A stretch of DNA of 64,000 nucleotides, from positions 14,604,912 through 14,668,911 of the forward strand of contig NC_092675.1 of assembly GCF_964355755.1 (NCBI RefSeq), written 5' to 3'. Both the position numbers and the translations under genes were made by a program. The DNA comes from Antedon mediterranea. Lineage: Eukaryota > Animalia > Echinodermata. The notes beneath the pieces were generated by a model, which had not been told where the DNA came from, ran no database searches, and saw nothing but the letters and a program-made list of their open reading frames with translations. Below, piece after piece: positions 38,509-49,205 of the stretch (the stretch's first letter is position 1; the number at the start of each line of letters is the position of its first letter).

Positions 38509-39149
38509 GACCCCATTTACACTTACGTTTGGGTCCAGGGCCGGTCCTGGGCCGGTTGCAAATATTTACCTTTTAGGCCGGCCCCACAGCGTTTACACTA
38601 GCGACGCAGATTACTGGTCGTAAATAATTTTATCGGAAGTACCATTGCATGCTGGGATACGAAGTACAGTTTGTTTAAATTTTTCTCTCTCGATCGTCAA
38701 TTCAACTCTCCGCGCGAACCGACCGTTTTATATTTATACTGTATTGTTGTTTTTTGTCCCATTAAAAACAAAATGAACCCCACTGTTTTATATATAATAT
38801 GGCTGTATTTTATGTATATGCAAAACAAGCGGAGGAATACTTTATTGAAAGAAGATGTCTGAAAATAAATTTAACTATATAAATGATGATGAAAACAAAT
38901 TGTCGCCCGAAAAGGAGGAAGGCATGTACTGAGAATGTCGGATCGTCATAACAACAACCTCATAAAAAGGTCAAACGTTGTTCACGGTTCACTGCGTAAG
39001 CCGGGCCAAACGTAAAAGCCGCTCCTGAACCTACCTGGAGAGGTGGCCCAGATCTGCGTCCGGCCCAGGGCCGGCCTAACTTTTTGGAGTATTTACACTT
39101 ATCAATTGCCGACCCAGGGCCGACCTAAATCGTAAGTGTAAATGGGGTC
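38509..39149. mobile_element. Harbinger/Tourist-like MITE
   Basis: TIR gaccccatttacacttacg; flanks TAT/TAA; GC-rich cagggccgg subterminal repeats. Confidence 0.8.
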
Positions 39150-40019
39150 TAAGCCACGGAAATAATATGTGGACATTGCAAACAATCATAGGCCTACAGC
39201 AGGGAAGAGTTAAATTACAATTTAACTCTTCCCTGCCTACAGTAACAAACATAACATGGCTAATAAGCATAACATTCAGACTTGTTTGTTTTCTAGTGGA
39301 TTTTTATTTACTTTAGCATGTAGAATAAAACGAGTAACAGTGGCTATATTAATAATTATACTGATTATCCTTGATGTTATCGCGTCTAATAATAAAATGT
39401 TTTGTTGTTGATAAGCCCAATTTTTCAGCCTTGATTTTACATTTTGAACGAAAGTATTTATTTTTGCCACCAAACAGTGATTTTTAATACGTTGCCAGCG
39501 AGGTGTTTATCTACTTAAGGAGTTCATACCAAGTTCATTCAACGAAGTCTTGGAATCGTCCATTATAGTTGAGCGTGTACAGAGTGTACGAGGAATAAAC
39601 TTATATACTGTACGTACCACTATACTACGCTGGGTACGTAGGCCTACTACATAATTGAAAATCACATTGAATGACAGAAAGAAACAGTTTAAATGGTATA
39701 ATTTTATTGTATACTTCTAATTCCCATAATTAAAACTATATTATTATTCCATAACAATCTAGGGCCAACATAGCGGTAAATCCGTAAGTTTTACTGCCTA
39801 TCAAATTTGATTTTATTTAATAGATAGTCCCACATATTTTTCTACTATTACGGTACTGTATAATACTAATAGTCATAATAATTATACTCATAATTCATAA
39901 ATGATTACTGCATTTTATTTATATAAACTGGATTAATTATTTGGATTACTATATAACTACAATCATAATATTATATTATACTAATTTATTAATGTTAAAA
40001 AAGATGAATTGTACATTGT

Positions 40020-42153
40020 TTTTGTATCATGGGTTTTCTCCATGCTTACATGAACGTACATTATGGCCTGCTTTGCCACATTTACTGCAATGGTGAACAA
40101 GGATTGGGTCCCTTTGGCAATCTTTTGTGAGGCACACTCGATTCGATTATTTTTTTGGAACAGTTGCGTCATCGCCTCTAACAACCTATGGTTTAAAGTA
40201 AGTTTTAGTTAAAAGTATCATTTAACTTTTCAAAACCCTGTTGGGAAAATTTTGATAATGATCCATGTCTTCTGATAGCATCACCACCATGTGAACACAT
40301 TACGTGCATATATACAGTTATGTCTTTAGAAGGGTAGGCTCTTCGCCAGTCCTCTAACCATTGTTTTGAATCTGCTTTAAATTTTAAAATTTCGTGTTCC
40401 TCTGAAATATGTTTCAAGTCTGCTATTAATTGAGGAAAGCGTTTCCATAAACTATTGATCAATTCGAATTTCGGATGGTCTCCTAAAAAGTCTATCAAAT
40501 TAATGTGTTTTTGAATTTTTTCATGTTGGGGCCCTTGGAAGTCAGGATATTTCATTAATGCAGTTTCAGGGCAGGTGTAAAAATGCCAGTCATAACCCAA
40601 ATTTTGTACAAATATTTCAAATTGCATAATGCTTTTACAATTTGATTTTACGATGTTTTTTGTTTTTTTTTCAATTTTGTCTTTCTCTCGCAATAATTTG
40701 ATTAACTGTCTGATAAGTTGGTCAGATATTCGTAAAAACATATGAAGCGGGTCCGGAATAACATCTTTTACTGCAATAAATGGGAAAATGGGTTTATGAA
40801 GGCAATTAAAATGTGATTTTTTATTCTCAGAAAGTCTAGAAATTTCCTCGACGGTTCTTTTCTTGAATTGCTTATCAAAGAGTCTAAATTCTTTAGTTGG
40901 TGCAAAGCACCACAGACAACAATAATCAGACTTAAACCCACCGAGCCCCATAATCAAATTTAAAAACTTTAAATCAGCGCAAAGGACATATTTTAATGAG
41001 TAATCTTTAACACCAACTGTTAATTTTTTCAAACTGTGGGTACTGTTTATGATGTCGAATGTTATATCACGGATAGTTGTATAACTTTCCTGACCCTTAG
41101 CCATGGAAAGAACATAATCAGGAGACTTAAAATGATTATTAATAAGAACGAACCCAGCAGTAATTATGTGCAGTCGTTTACCGATTCTTGTTCCGTCCCC
41201 AGTTAGCTTAATTGTAAGATCACAATTGTTTAAATTAGAAAAATTATGTGTCAATATACGCACTAGCTTATGCTGTAATGGTTCATACACCCCCTGTTTA
41301 TTTGTCAACGGTTTAATGGTAAATAAACTATTTAAATCTTTGGACCGGTCCTGTAGCTGTTTTAATGACGGAAGTTTTGCTGCTATAGATAGCTCTCTAT
41401 ATGTCTTGTCAGATATTAAGTTTTTGTCTTTCCAATATAAAAATGTATTGACATTATGGGCATTTGATGACGTTTTAGTTTCTGTGCTGTTCATTCTAAT
41501 TATACTTTCCGAAGCATCTATCAACCGTATTGCCTGTAATGCTAATCCATCATCTTGTAAAATACCTTTCACTAAATTAATTGACTCATTAAAACATTGT
41601 TTTTTCTTTTTTTCTGTCGCCAATTGTTTGCCTCGGTTTGAATTCTGGCCATTTTTCTGCCAAGGACTTTTCTCTTTAATAATCGTTGAATTGTTAAACG
41701 CGCTTTCTTCAATTCCTTTTTAGCAAATTTTAGATTGGAAGTAGATTCTTTTAATTTTGTCTTTTCCCTCTCATAATCACACATTAATTTTCTTTTCACA
41801 CCACCTAATTTAATTGAAAATTCTTTACTGTGCATATCATGGAAAAATTGAGTCCATTGCCTACCACCTTTAAGTTTGCTAATTGAACTTCGAATTGATA
41901 GATCTATATTTTTTACTGGCATAACAAGACTGTCATAATTTTCAACTATGGTCTTATCAATATTATCCCCCTGGAATATACACTCGAGGATTTTCTCAGC
42001 CCGCAATTGCACATTTAAATGATGGTACTTCATTGAAATTTCATAAAAGGCATAATTATTTAATGTTATTATCCATTCATCAGGTTGAGTAAAACAAGAA
42101 ATAAAAAGGTTATACAATATACAAGTAAATAAAAGACACATTTTTGGCCGCAT
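40020..42153 (-). pseudogene. RAG1/Transib/Chapaev-related DDE transposase, frameshifted, with C-terminal zinc knuckle
   Basis: IKLTGDG, CADLKF, CCLWC, DPLH, YMHVMCSH, SQQGFEKLND in RAG1-core order; continues after frameshifts as TKTYF..NHR..AMTQ..KNNRIE and CSKCGKAGHNVRSC. Confidence 0.78.
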
Positions 42154-42195
42154 GTTTATCTAAGTAAAATCGTGCTATATTTTAGAGAATTGTAT

Positions 42196-42992
42196 TTACT
42201 GGATGTTATCAACGTTATATCCCAAAGCACCTAAATCAAAATTATTTCCAGAAGTGCGTACAAATCTTAAAACTAATAAAAAATCTCTATTAAGCGGCTT
42301 TTGAACTAACTGGCCATTAACAATGCAATATTCAGTCAGAACTCTCCTTTCTGAGAGCCATACTCTCAAAGTGCACTCTTCGATTTTTTAGTAGTCCCCA
42401 GCATCATTGATAATTTTGATGGCCCAGCCTTTACCCAAAACATTCGAAACACCCTTTAAATGTAAGCGATACTTGTTACCGTCTTCTGTAGCATCAGTTT
42501 CTCGGATGAATCTATAAAACGTTTCCTGTTGAATAGGTATATGTATTGTTACCTCAGGGTCGTTTATCCTAGAGGCTGATAAATTCTCTTTCACTTTTGT
42601 AAGAAGTTCTAACTTTAGTAGTGCATATGCGTCAGATTGGTAAGGCTTGTCTAGTACTTCAGATTTAGGACGCCATTCATCATAGATGTTGCTCCATCCA
42701 ACGTAATGTACTTTTACCTGTAATTAATTTTTTTAATATTGATTACATCGAAATATGTTTTTTTTTTAACATAGGTATTTTGATTCAATTTTTAATTAAT
42801 TATTAGGTCTATACGGACGAATTGTTTACCTCTTCTATTCCACTATCATTTATCCTTTCTTCAATTATCTCTAACTCATATAAGACCGTTGTTGACCACG
42901 ATGCAGATTGAACCCTCTTCTTATCAAACTTCACTGCATCACCACTATTTAACGTCTTGTAATCCTTTTTTTGCTTTTGGTCTCAGATACAT
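42196..42992 (-). pseudogene. Chromo-barrel/Tudor-knot accessory protein gene; exons 42830-42992 and 42196-42717
   Basis: GT-AG intron joins LYELEIIEER..IEE to VKVHYVGWSNIYDEWRPKSEV; one frameshift in exon 1 and one in-frame stop at 42388. Confidence 0.68.
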
Positions 42993-43628
42993 TGCTGGAA
43001 ATTATTCAACTTTAATTAGTATCTATAATACTTTTACAATAGTTTATGGATAGGCCTTTCCAACCACGTAAGTGTACCTTACGCCGTAATTATTTGCTTA
43101 GATAATAATACATACAACCTGTTCACTACTACACCCGACCGATAAATGGTACATTCCTACTCTATGCCTTTCTTTCCTAGAGAAACATAAATATCCTAAA
43201 TTGCAAATTGTATTATACTAAACAAGTTATATGTAACTAAATAAAACCCAATAATTGTTCCTTATATCTTAACAAATATAATGATATAAAATTGATAATG
43301 ATACTTACAATTATTTAACGATAAATCGACCAAGAAAGTTATCTCAAATTTGACAGTCTACCAAGTGAAAGCTTATAATACAGGGAAAACGTATTTAAAT
43401 TTTGCCGCGTTTTTTAGGGCTTGGTGGAATTTTTCTCAATAGATTTTTGTATTTTGACACAGTCTATTTTAATCCAATGGTCATAAGAAAAGTATGTAAA
43501 GAATCTATGAATATTGAGCTTTTATTTAAGAAACTAACCAAAACGATTGATAACCTACAAGTGATCTAAATGACGTTTGAGAATGTTAAAGAGTCGCTAT
43601 CCAATCGAGTTCGAACAATACCATGAAA

Positions 43629-43700
43629 GCCCCAGTGGTCTAATGGTTAGGACATCTGCATATCAAGCAGGCGGTCCGAGTTCGAGTCTCGGTTGGGGCG
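43629..43700 (+). tRNA. tRNA-like gene, anticodon ATC (Asp-like; pseudo-tRNA or TE-borne)
   Basis: Cloverleaf: acceptor GCCCCAG/TTGGGGC, D arm GTCT/GGAC, anticodon stem TCTGC/GCAGG with loop ATATCAA, T arm CCGAG-TTCGAGT-CTCGG; A and B boxes; TTTTT 3 nt downstream. Confidence 0.7.
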
Positions 43701-43747
43701 ACTTTTTCTCATTCTCACCGATTTCTTCATCTTTATCGTTTCAAATT

Positions 43748-43772
43748 TTATATATATATATATATATATATA
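43748..43772. repeat. (TA)n microsatellite
   Basis: Direct observation. Confidence 0.95.
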
Positions 43773-43848
43773 AATCAAAGAGCTGCAAAGGCAGGATATA
43801 GAAAAATATCAAGATCAAATAAGTTAAAACTGCCTCAATATAGATTTA

Positions 43849-43891
43849 TTTTAACGACATGTTTCGGGCATAGCCCATCATCAGGTGAAAA
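43849..43891 (-). ncRNA. Minimal type-I hammerhead ribozyme (Penelope pLTR type)
   Basis: ttttcac-CTGATGA-tGGGCtatGCCC-GAAA-CATGTC-gttaaaa: conserved core, palindromic stem III, GUC cleavage triplet, stem I ttttcac/gttaaaa; aataaa follows. Confidence 0.75.
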
Positions 43892-44187
43892 GAATTGTAA
43901 CAAAGGATAAAATATATAAGTCACAAAATTACACATATATATATATAAATATAATATTAAGTATAATTATGAATTCACCAACACTTTCAGGCCCAATAAC
44001 AATGATCCCGGGCCCGAGTTTTTGTAGACCGGACTTCCATGCACAGCCACATGTTAAGGAATATGAATCTCTTTATGATTTTAATATGGTTCGAAATGAT
44101 ATTACACAACAACGATTAGACAGCAACTGTGCAAGAGTCCAACTAATAAAATCGGAATGATCAATTAATTGAACATTTACAGCATAA

Positions 44188-44545
44188 GACCCATACACTA
44201 GGACGATAACGATCGACGATAAATAGACAAATGTGCATTTTTAATACATAAACCAAAAGAAATATAAACAATTCCTTTGATGAAAATTATATTTTCACAC
44301 GTCCAATCAAATGACGTCATGATTAGTAAGACCAATAATATCGTGACAATACAGCGATTTTATTGTTTTTATTTGTCATGACGTCATTTGATTGGAATTT
44401 GAAAAACATTATTTTTATCAAAGACAGCATAAATGATTATCCTATAGGTCTAGAACGAAAACCTTTCTAATTTCTTTTGGTTTATGTAAAAAAAATGCAT
44501 GCTATATATTTATCGTCCGTCGTTATCGTCATAGTGTAATTGGGC
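44188..44545. mobile_element. Degenerate Harbinger-like MITE
   Basis: Imperfect long TIRs (cccatacactaggacgataacga / tcgttatcgtcatagtgtaattggg) and internal inverted symmetry. Confidence 0.65.
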
Positions 44546-46193
44546 TTTTATACAAAAAAAAATTGATTACGAAGTTACATGTCATTTTCACCTATCACCA
44601 AAAAACTAACCTTTTCAACACTAATTAATTGTTACGAAGCCAATTTATATTATATATTTCATTAAAACTGAACTTTACGGTAAATGAAGAGTATCAGTTA
44701 ATATGAATAATATAACTAGTAGGTCTATGAAGTTGCGTCCAGACACAGAACTGTGACATTACTATCATAAATGTTGAAACCACTTATAAAACCTTTTTTT
44801 AAAGAAAATATAATTGTGTTAGGAGAAGGCTAATAAACAAATAGATAATGTACAAACCTTTTTCTGGATTAATTAATGGAGCAGGCGTTCCTAATAATCT
44901 GCTGCATGCTACCTAGATTGATTGTTCACCTTCTGACGATAATTGATTGGACCCCCCCCCCCCCCCCCCCACGGCATCTGATAACAATAACAAAATTTAC
45001 CAGGACTGTTTCAATGATTTAATATCTGACGGCGTATTATTATAACATTGGCCTAGATTGACAGTCAAAAGAAAGTTATTGTAAATACCTCCCTTTATGT
45101 TGACAGAGCCAAAATAAAGTTTTGACCATTATCGAATGATTATTTGACAGTGATTTATTATAATACCGGCCTGGTTGACAGCAAAAACGAAGTTATTATT
45201 TATTGAACAAGATTTTACAGATTTCTGTCTACATCTCAATAATACTGTATTATCAGCAAAGGCTTTCATATAGACTCTCTTCTCCCAGACGTTTTTTGGG
45301 TCCAGCAGCTACCTATAAATTATAGTGGAGTTTCCAAATTCACAAAACTGTCAGCCTTAGATACTAAAGCTACCGCTATGAAACAGCTTATTAATGAATG
45401 GGACATAGCTGGCTAGAGCCGCGGTGCGAAAAACGTGTAACTACAAATGTTTATAATCAAATCTATAATTATCTACTGTAGTCAGCTATAGTAACATCAA
45501 ACTACAAATTATACTATTAAATCAAAGCATTATATAATTTCATATAAAATGTGAATACTGTGGTACTATAGATATATACGGTAGCATACAAATACTTGAC
45601 AACAGATCTAAAACAAAGATTCCCTTGGTGTATCTTATTACCGCAGGCTATGCACTCAAGGTTGTGTAGCAATGTAAAACAGTAGCCTATTAGATACAGT
45701 AACATTAATATTTGCCTATTTCATATCATATAAAAGTATTATAATCCTACAAACTATTTCAAACTAAACTACTAAATATAAACTTATAACTCATAACACT
45801 ATGGGTACTTACAAGACGTTGTGCTATCTTAAATTTGATGATTTTGTCCACAATTAAAGGTTTGTCTATCCATGAAGTTTCTCAGTTAGCATATGAGATG
45901 TAGATGAAATTAGATACTTTAAAGATTCTTTGTACTTATTGACCTTTGACTTAAAGGGTCAAAGTGGCACTAACATATAGAATTAAAAGCACATTTATCA
46001 TGCAGTACACACCAATCGTCATGCAGTACATGTTGTTGTTGTTACTTATTCAACAATAATTGACTCGGAGACAATCTAACTTTTAACTCAAACGGCGGTC
46101 TGCATCGAAACCTGTTTATTTTCTAAACGTAATAGCGCCCCTGGCGACGGGATCTCATCAGATATAATACTACATCGTATAACATCTCCCTTT

Positions 46194-48975
46194 TAGTCAG
46201 GCAGCATTTGTCACTATATTAACTTTACTACATATATTTAGCCAAGTTTGATTTTTCACTTTTAAGTGATCAAGGACATCACAAGAAACAACTTCCAACT
46301 TGTTGTCCAAATTCTAAACGCGTTGTTCATTCGCTGGGGGCGCTTTTTCAAAATGGTCACCTATGCTATCAAGTACTTATATTTCGGCAACCACTAATCG
46401 TAGAGACTTGGTTTTAGTCTTAAAATGTTCGTAAGGTACATAATTCTATTCACTATAATCGAACATTTTGCCCTAAAATTACCGGAAATACTATTTCTGA
46501 CCATTTGACCTTTGACCTGATCTTATCATATCTCAATAACTATTGGTCAGAAAGAGTTGATATTTATCCCAAATTGTTCAGAAAATACATGTTTCTATTT
46601 GCTTTAATGCAAAGGTTTGTTTCAAGATGGCCGGAAAAACCATATCTGACCTTTGACCATGTGTGTGATATCCACAACATGTTGGTTATAGATAACATTT
46701 TTTGACAGATTGCTCAGAACATCAATATTTGTAACACATTATTGATTTTTCAATTATTGATGCTTTAAAACATTCATTTAAGCTTGGAAATTAAAGTTTT
46801 AAAATAAATAAAAGCCACTCATTATCTCTATACATAATCATAACCTGTGATTGGCTGAAAGTTTAAGCAGATTAGATTTCATGAGTTTAAATGGTAAGTG
46901 TTTTTTAAACTGATTTAAACAGTGTTTGCTGGGAAATCATACTTATTATTAGTACATATACATTTACTTGTATAATAATGTAAAGAAGGTGTCTGATAAG
47001 TTCATTATGTTTGTTGTTATGTTTTATGCTGGACCTTTTGAAAAACAACAATGTCCCCTTTGTGGGACAACGTTGATATTGTCATCCAGTAGAAATATGT
47101 TTATAAATAAATAAATGCTTCTGAATTTGTTAACCTGATTGTTGGTATGAGCAAACCATATGATGAAGTTCGTCTTTTATTTGATCAGTATCTATCAGGA
47201 TCTTTAAAAGAATCTACACGAGATAAGAGAACACAGAAAACAACTACCATTCACTACCATGTCAATGACAACACTAAGATTAAGAACATTAAGACGTTTT
47301 TATCGCACATAGAGACCAAAGCTGAACTTACAAAATACCTGTCAGAGAAGATACTTAATCACTTGAAGAACAACACGAAGAAGGTCCTAGTAACACATCA
47401 CACATCCATGATGGCAAACTGCAATCTCTCAGAAATTATCATGATGCCAGAGATGATACACGGACAACACACATTGGAAGAAGGGGACCAACTGGTCTTA
47501 TTGAATGTCTTTGATTGTATGAACAAAGACCCAAGTGCCAATGTTGACATATTTTCTGTAGATACTGATGTCTTTATCCTTTTAACAGGAAGCTATCCTC
47601 TACTTCCTCCAATGACCACATTTTTGTAGGAAAAGAGGGGAAAAAATACCTATATGGGAATGCTATTACCGACTTGGAAAACAAATATCAGCAGCACTGA
47701 TTGGATGGTACACATTTAAAGGTACAGATAACACATGTACATTTGCTGGAAAAGGAGTGTCCGCCCATTTCAAAGCACTTATGAAATTTGATGATGAAAT
47801 ACTAGATGCATTTGCTGTATATGGACTGACCTCTGAAATACCAAATTGGATTTTCAGGCAAATGGAAAGATATGTTTGCATATTATACAGTACTTCTAAG
47901 ATCAAGGCAGATTATGTCACAGACTTGAGATGGATGTTATTTGCACAGAAAGGCAAGGAAGGACAACAATTACCTCCAACCATGGGAACTCTTAGACCAC
48001 ACGTGGAAAGAGCATACTACATGTCTATTGTATGGAATTCATCATGCAAGCCAATTCCATCTATTCCACCAGCAACTGACTAACTCCTGGCAACTAGAAG
48101 ATGGTCACTTGAAGCCGTTATTTTGCAACAATCCACCAGCACCAGAAGCTCTTCTAGAAATTCGTCGATGTACCTGCAATGGTTCATGCTCAACAAATCG
48201 CTGTAGTTTTAATAAGAAAAGCAACTTGCTTTGTACTGATGCATATATGAGTGTGATGATGGATGTGAGAATACAAAGGACTCGAATGTAGAGCTAGTAG
48301 ACGATATCGATGAACTTTATTGACTGGAGAGGGTAATCTGACTATCATCAATATTTGTGGTATGTATTTATTTATTATAACAGTTCCATTGGTGATTTGA
48401 AATATTGATTTTGCAGCAAGGGATATCATCAACAAAACCACAAGTACCGGTACAAGTTATAAACAATACTAGACAAATCTATAATCTCTCAGTTGTGGAT
48501 ATTACATGCATTAGGGCAAGAGGTCAGATATGGCATTTCTGTTTGCTTTAAAACAAAACATTTAATTACAGTAAATATAAAAAGGCATACTGCGAACAAT
48601 TTGAAACAAATTTCAAGTCTGTTTGACCATTAGTTACCGAGATATGATGATAGAAGGTCAAAGGTTAAATGGTCAGAAATGGCATTTCCAGTCATTTCTG
48701 GTCAAAATGTTCCATTAGAGTAAATAGAAATATGTACCTTACGAACATTTTAAGATTAAAACCAAGTCTCTACGATTAGTGGTTGCCGAGATATAAGTAC
48801 TTTTAAGTAGCATAAGCGGCCATTTTAAAAAAGCGCCCCCAACGAATTAAAAACACGTTTAGAATTTGGACAACAAGTTGGAAGTTGGAAGTTGTGATGT
48901 CCTTGATCACTTAAAAGTGAAAAATCAAACTTGGCTAAATAATATAGGAAGTAAAATGCAAATGCTGCCTGACTA
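46194..48975 (+). mobile_element. Academ transposon deletion derivative
   Basis: Long (~500-bp) TIRs starting TAGTCAGGCAGCATTTG; 3-bp TSD TTT; inserted beside the Gypsy PPT. Confidence 0.85.
47117..48310 (+). pseudogene. Academ transposase C-terminal part (XPG/FEN-like nuclease plus Cys cluster)
   Basis: FDQY..SLKE.TR..R, EEGD, DTDVF, GTD..FAGKG, LPPT..H..RA.Y, C.C...C...C motifs; stops and frameshifts. Confidence 0.8.
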
Positions 48976-49205
48976 TTTCTTTATTGTTTTCTTTTTTAGA
49001 ATTATATTGTTAAAGTTATTGTTTAGTTGTATCTTTAGATGATTACGTTATGAGAAATAAATGATTACATTCTCTATAGATTCATGTATTATCCTGTTGA
49101 ATTCTTCATAGATTATTTCACACATCATCTCCCTTCCTTTCCATTATGCTGATTTTTTTTTATTTTTTTTTTTAAATAATAATAATACATAAGTTAACTC
49201 CTTTC

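Noticed and set aside
41166-41723. 185-aa plus-strand ORF and similar antisense ORFs over LINE and Gypsy genes
   Set aside because: These are shadow frames of real coding sequence with no recognisable motifs.
43693-43705. ttggggcgacttt shared between the tRNA-like 3' end and the MULE 16-bp repeat
   Set aside because: Only 13 bp with no extended similarity; most likely chance.
39440-43750. TIRs or RSS-like heptamers (CAC..GTG) and a RAG2-like gene for the RAG1-like module
   Set aside because: No matching inverted termini and no kelch/PHD ORF were seen, so I do not call it ProtoRAG.
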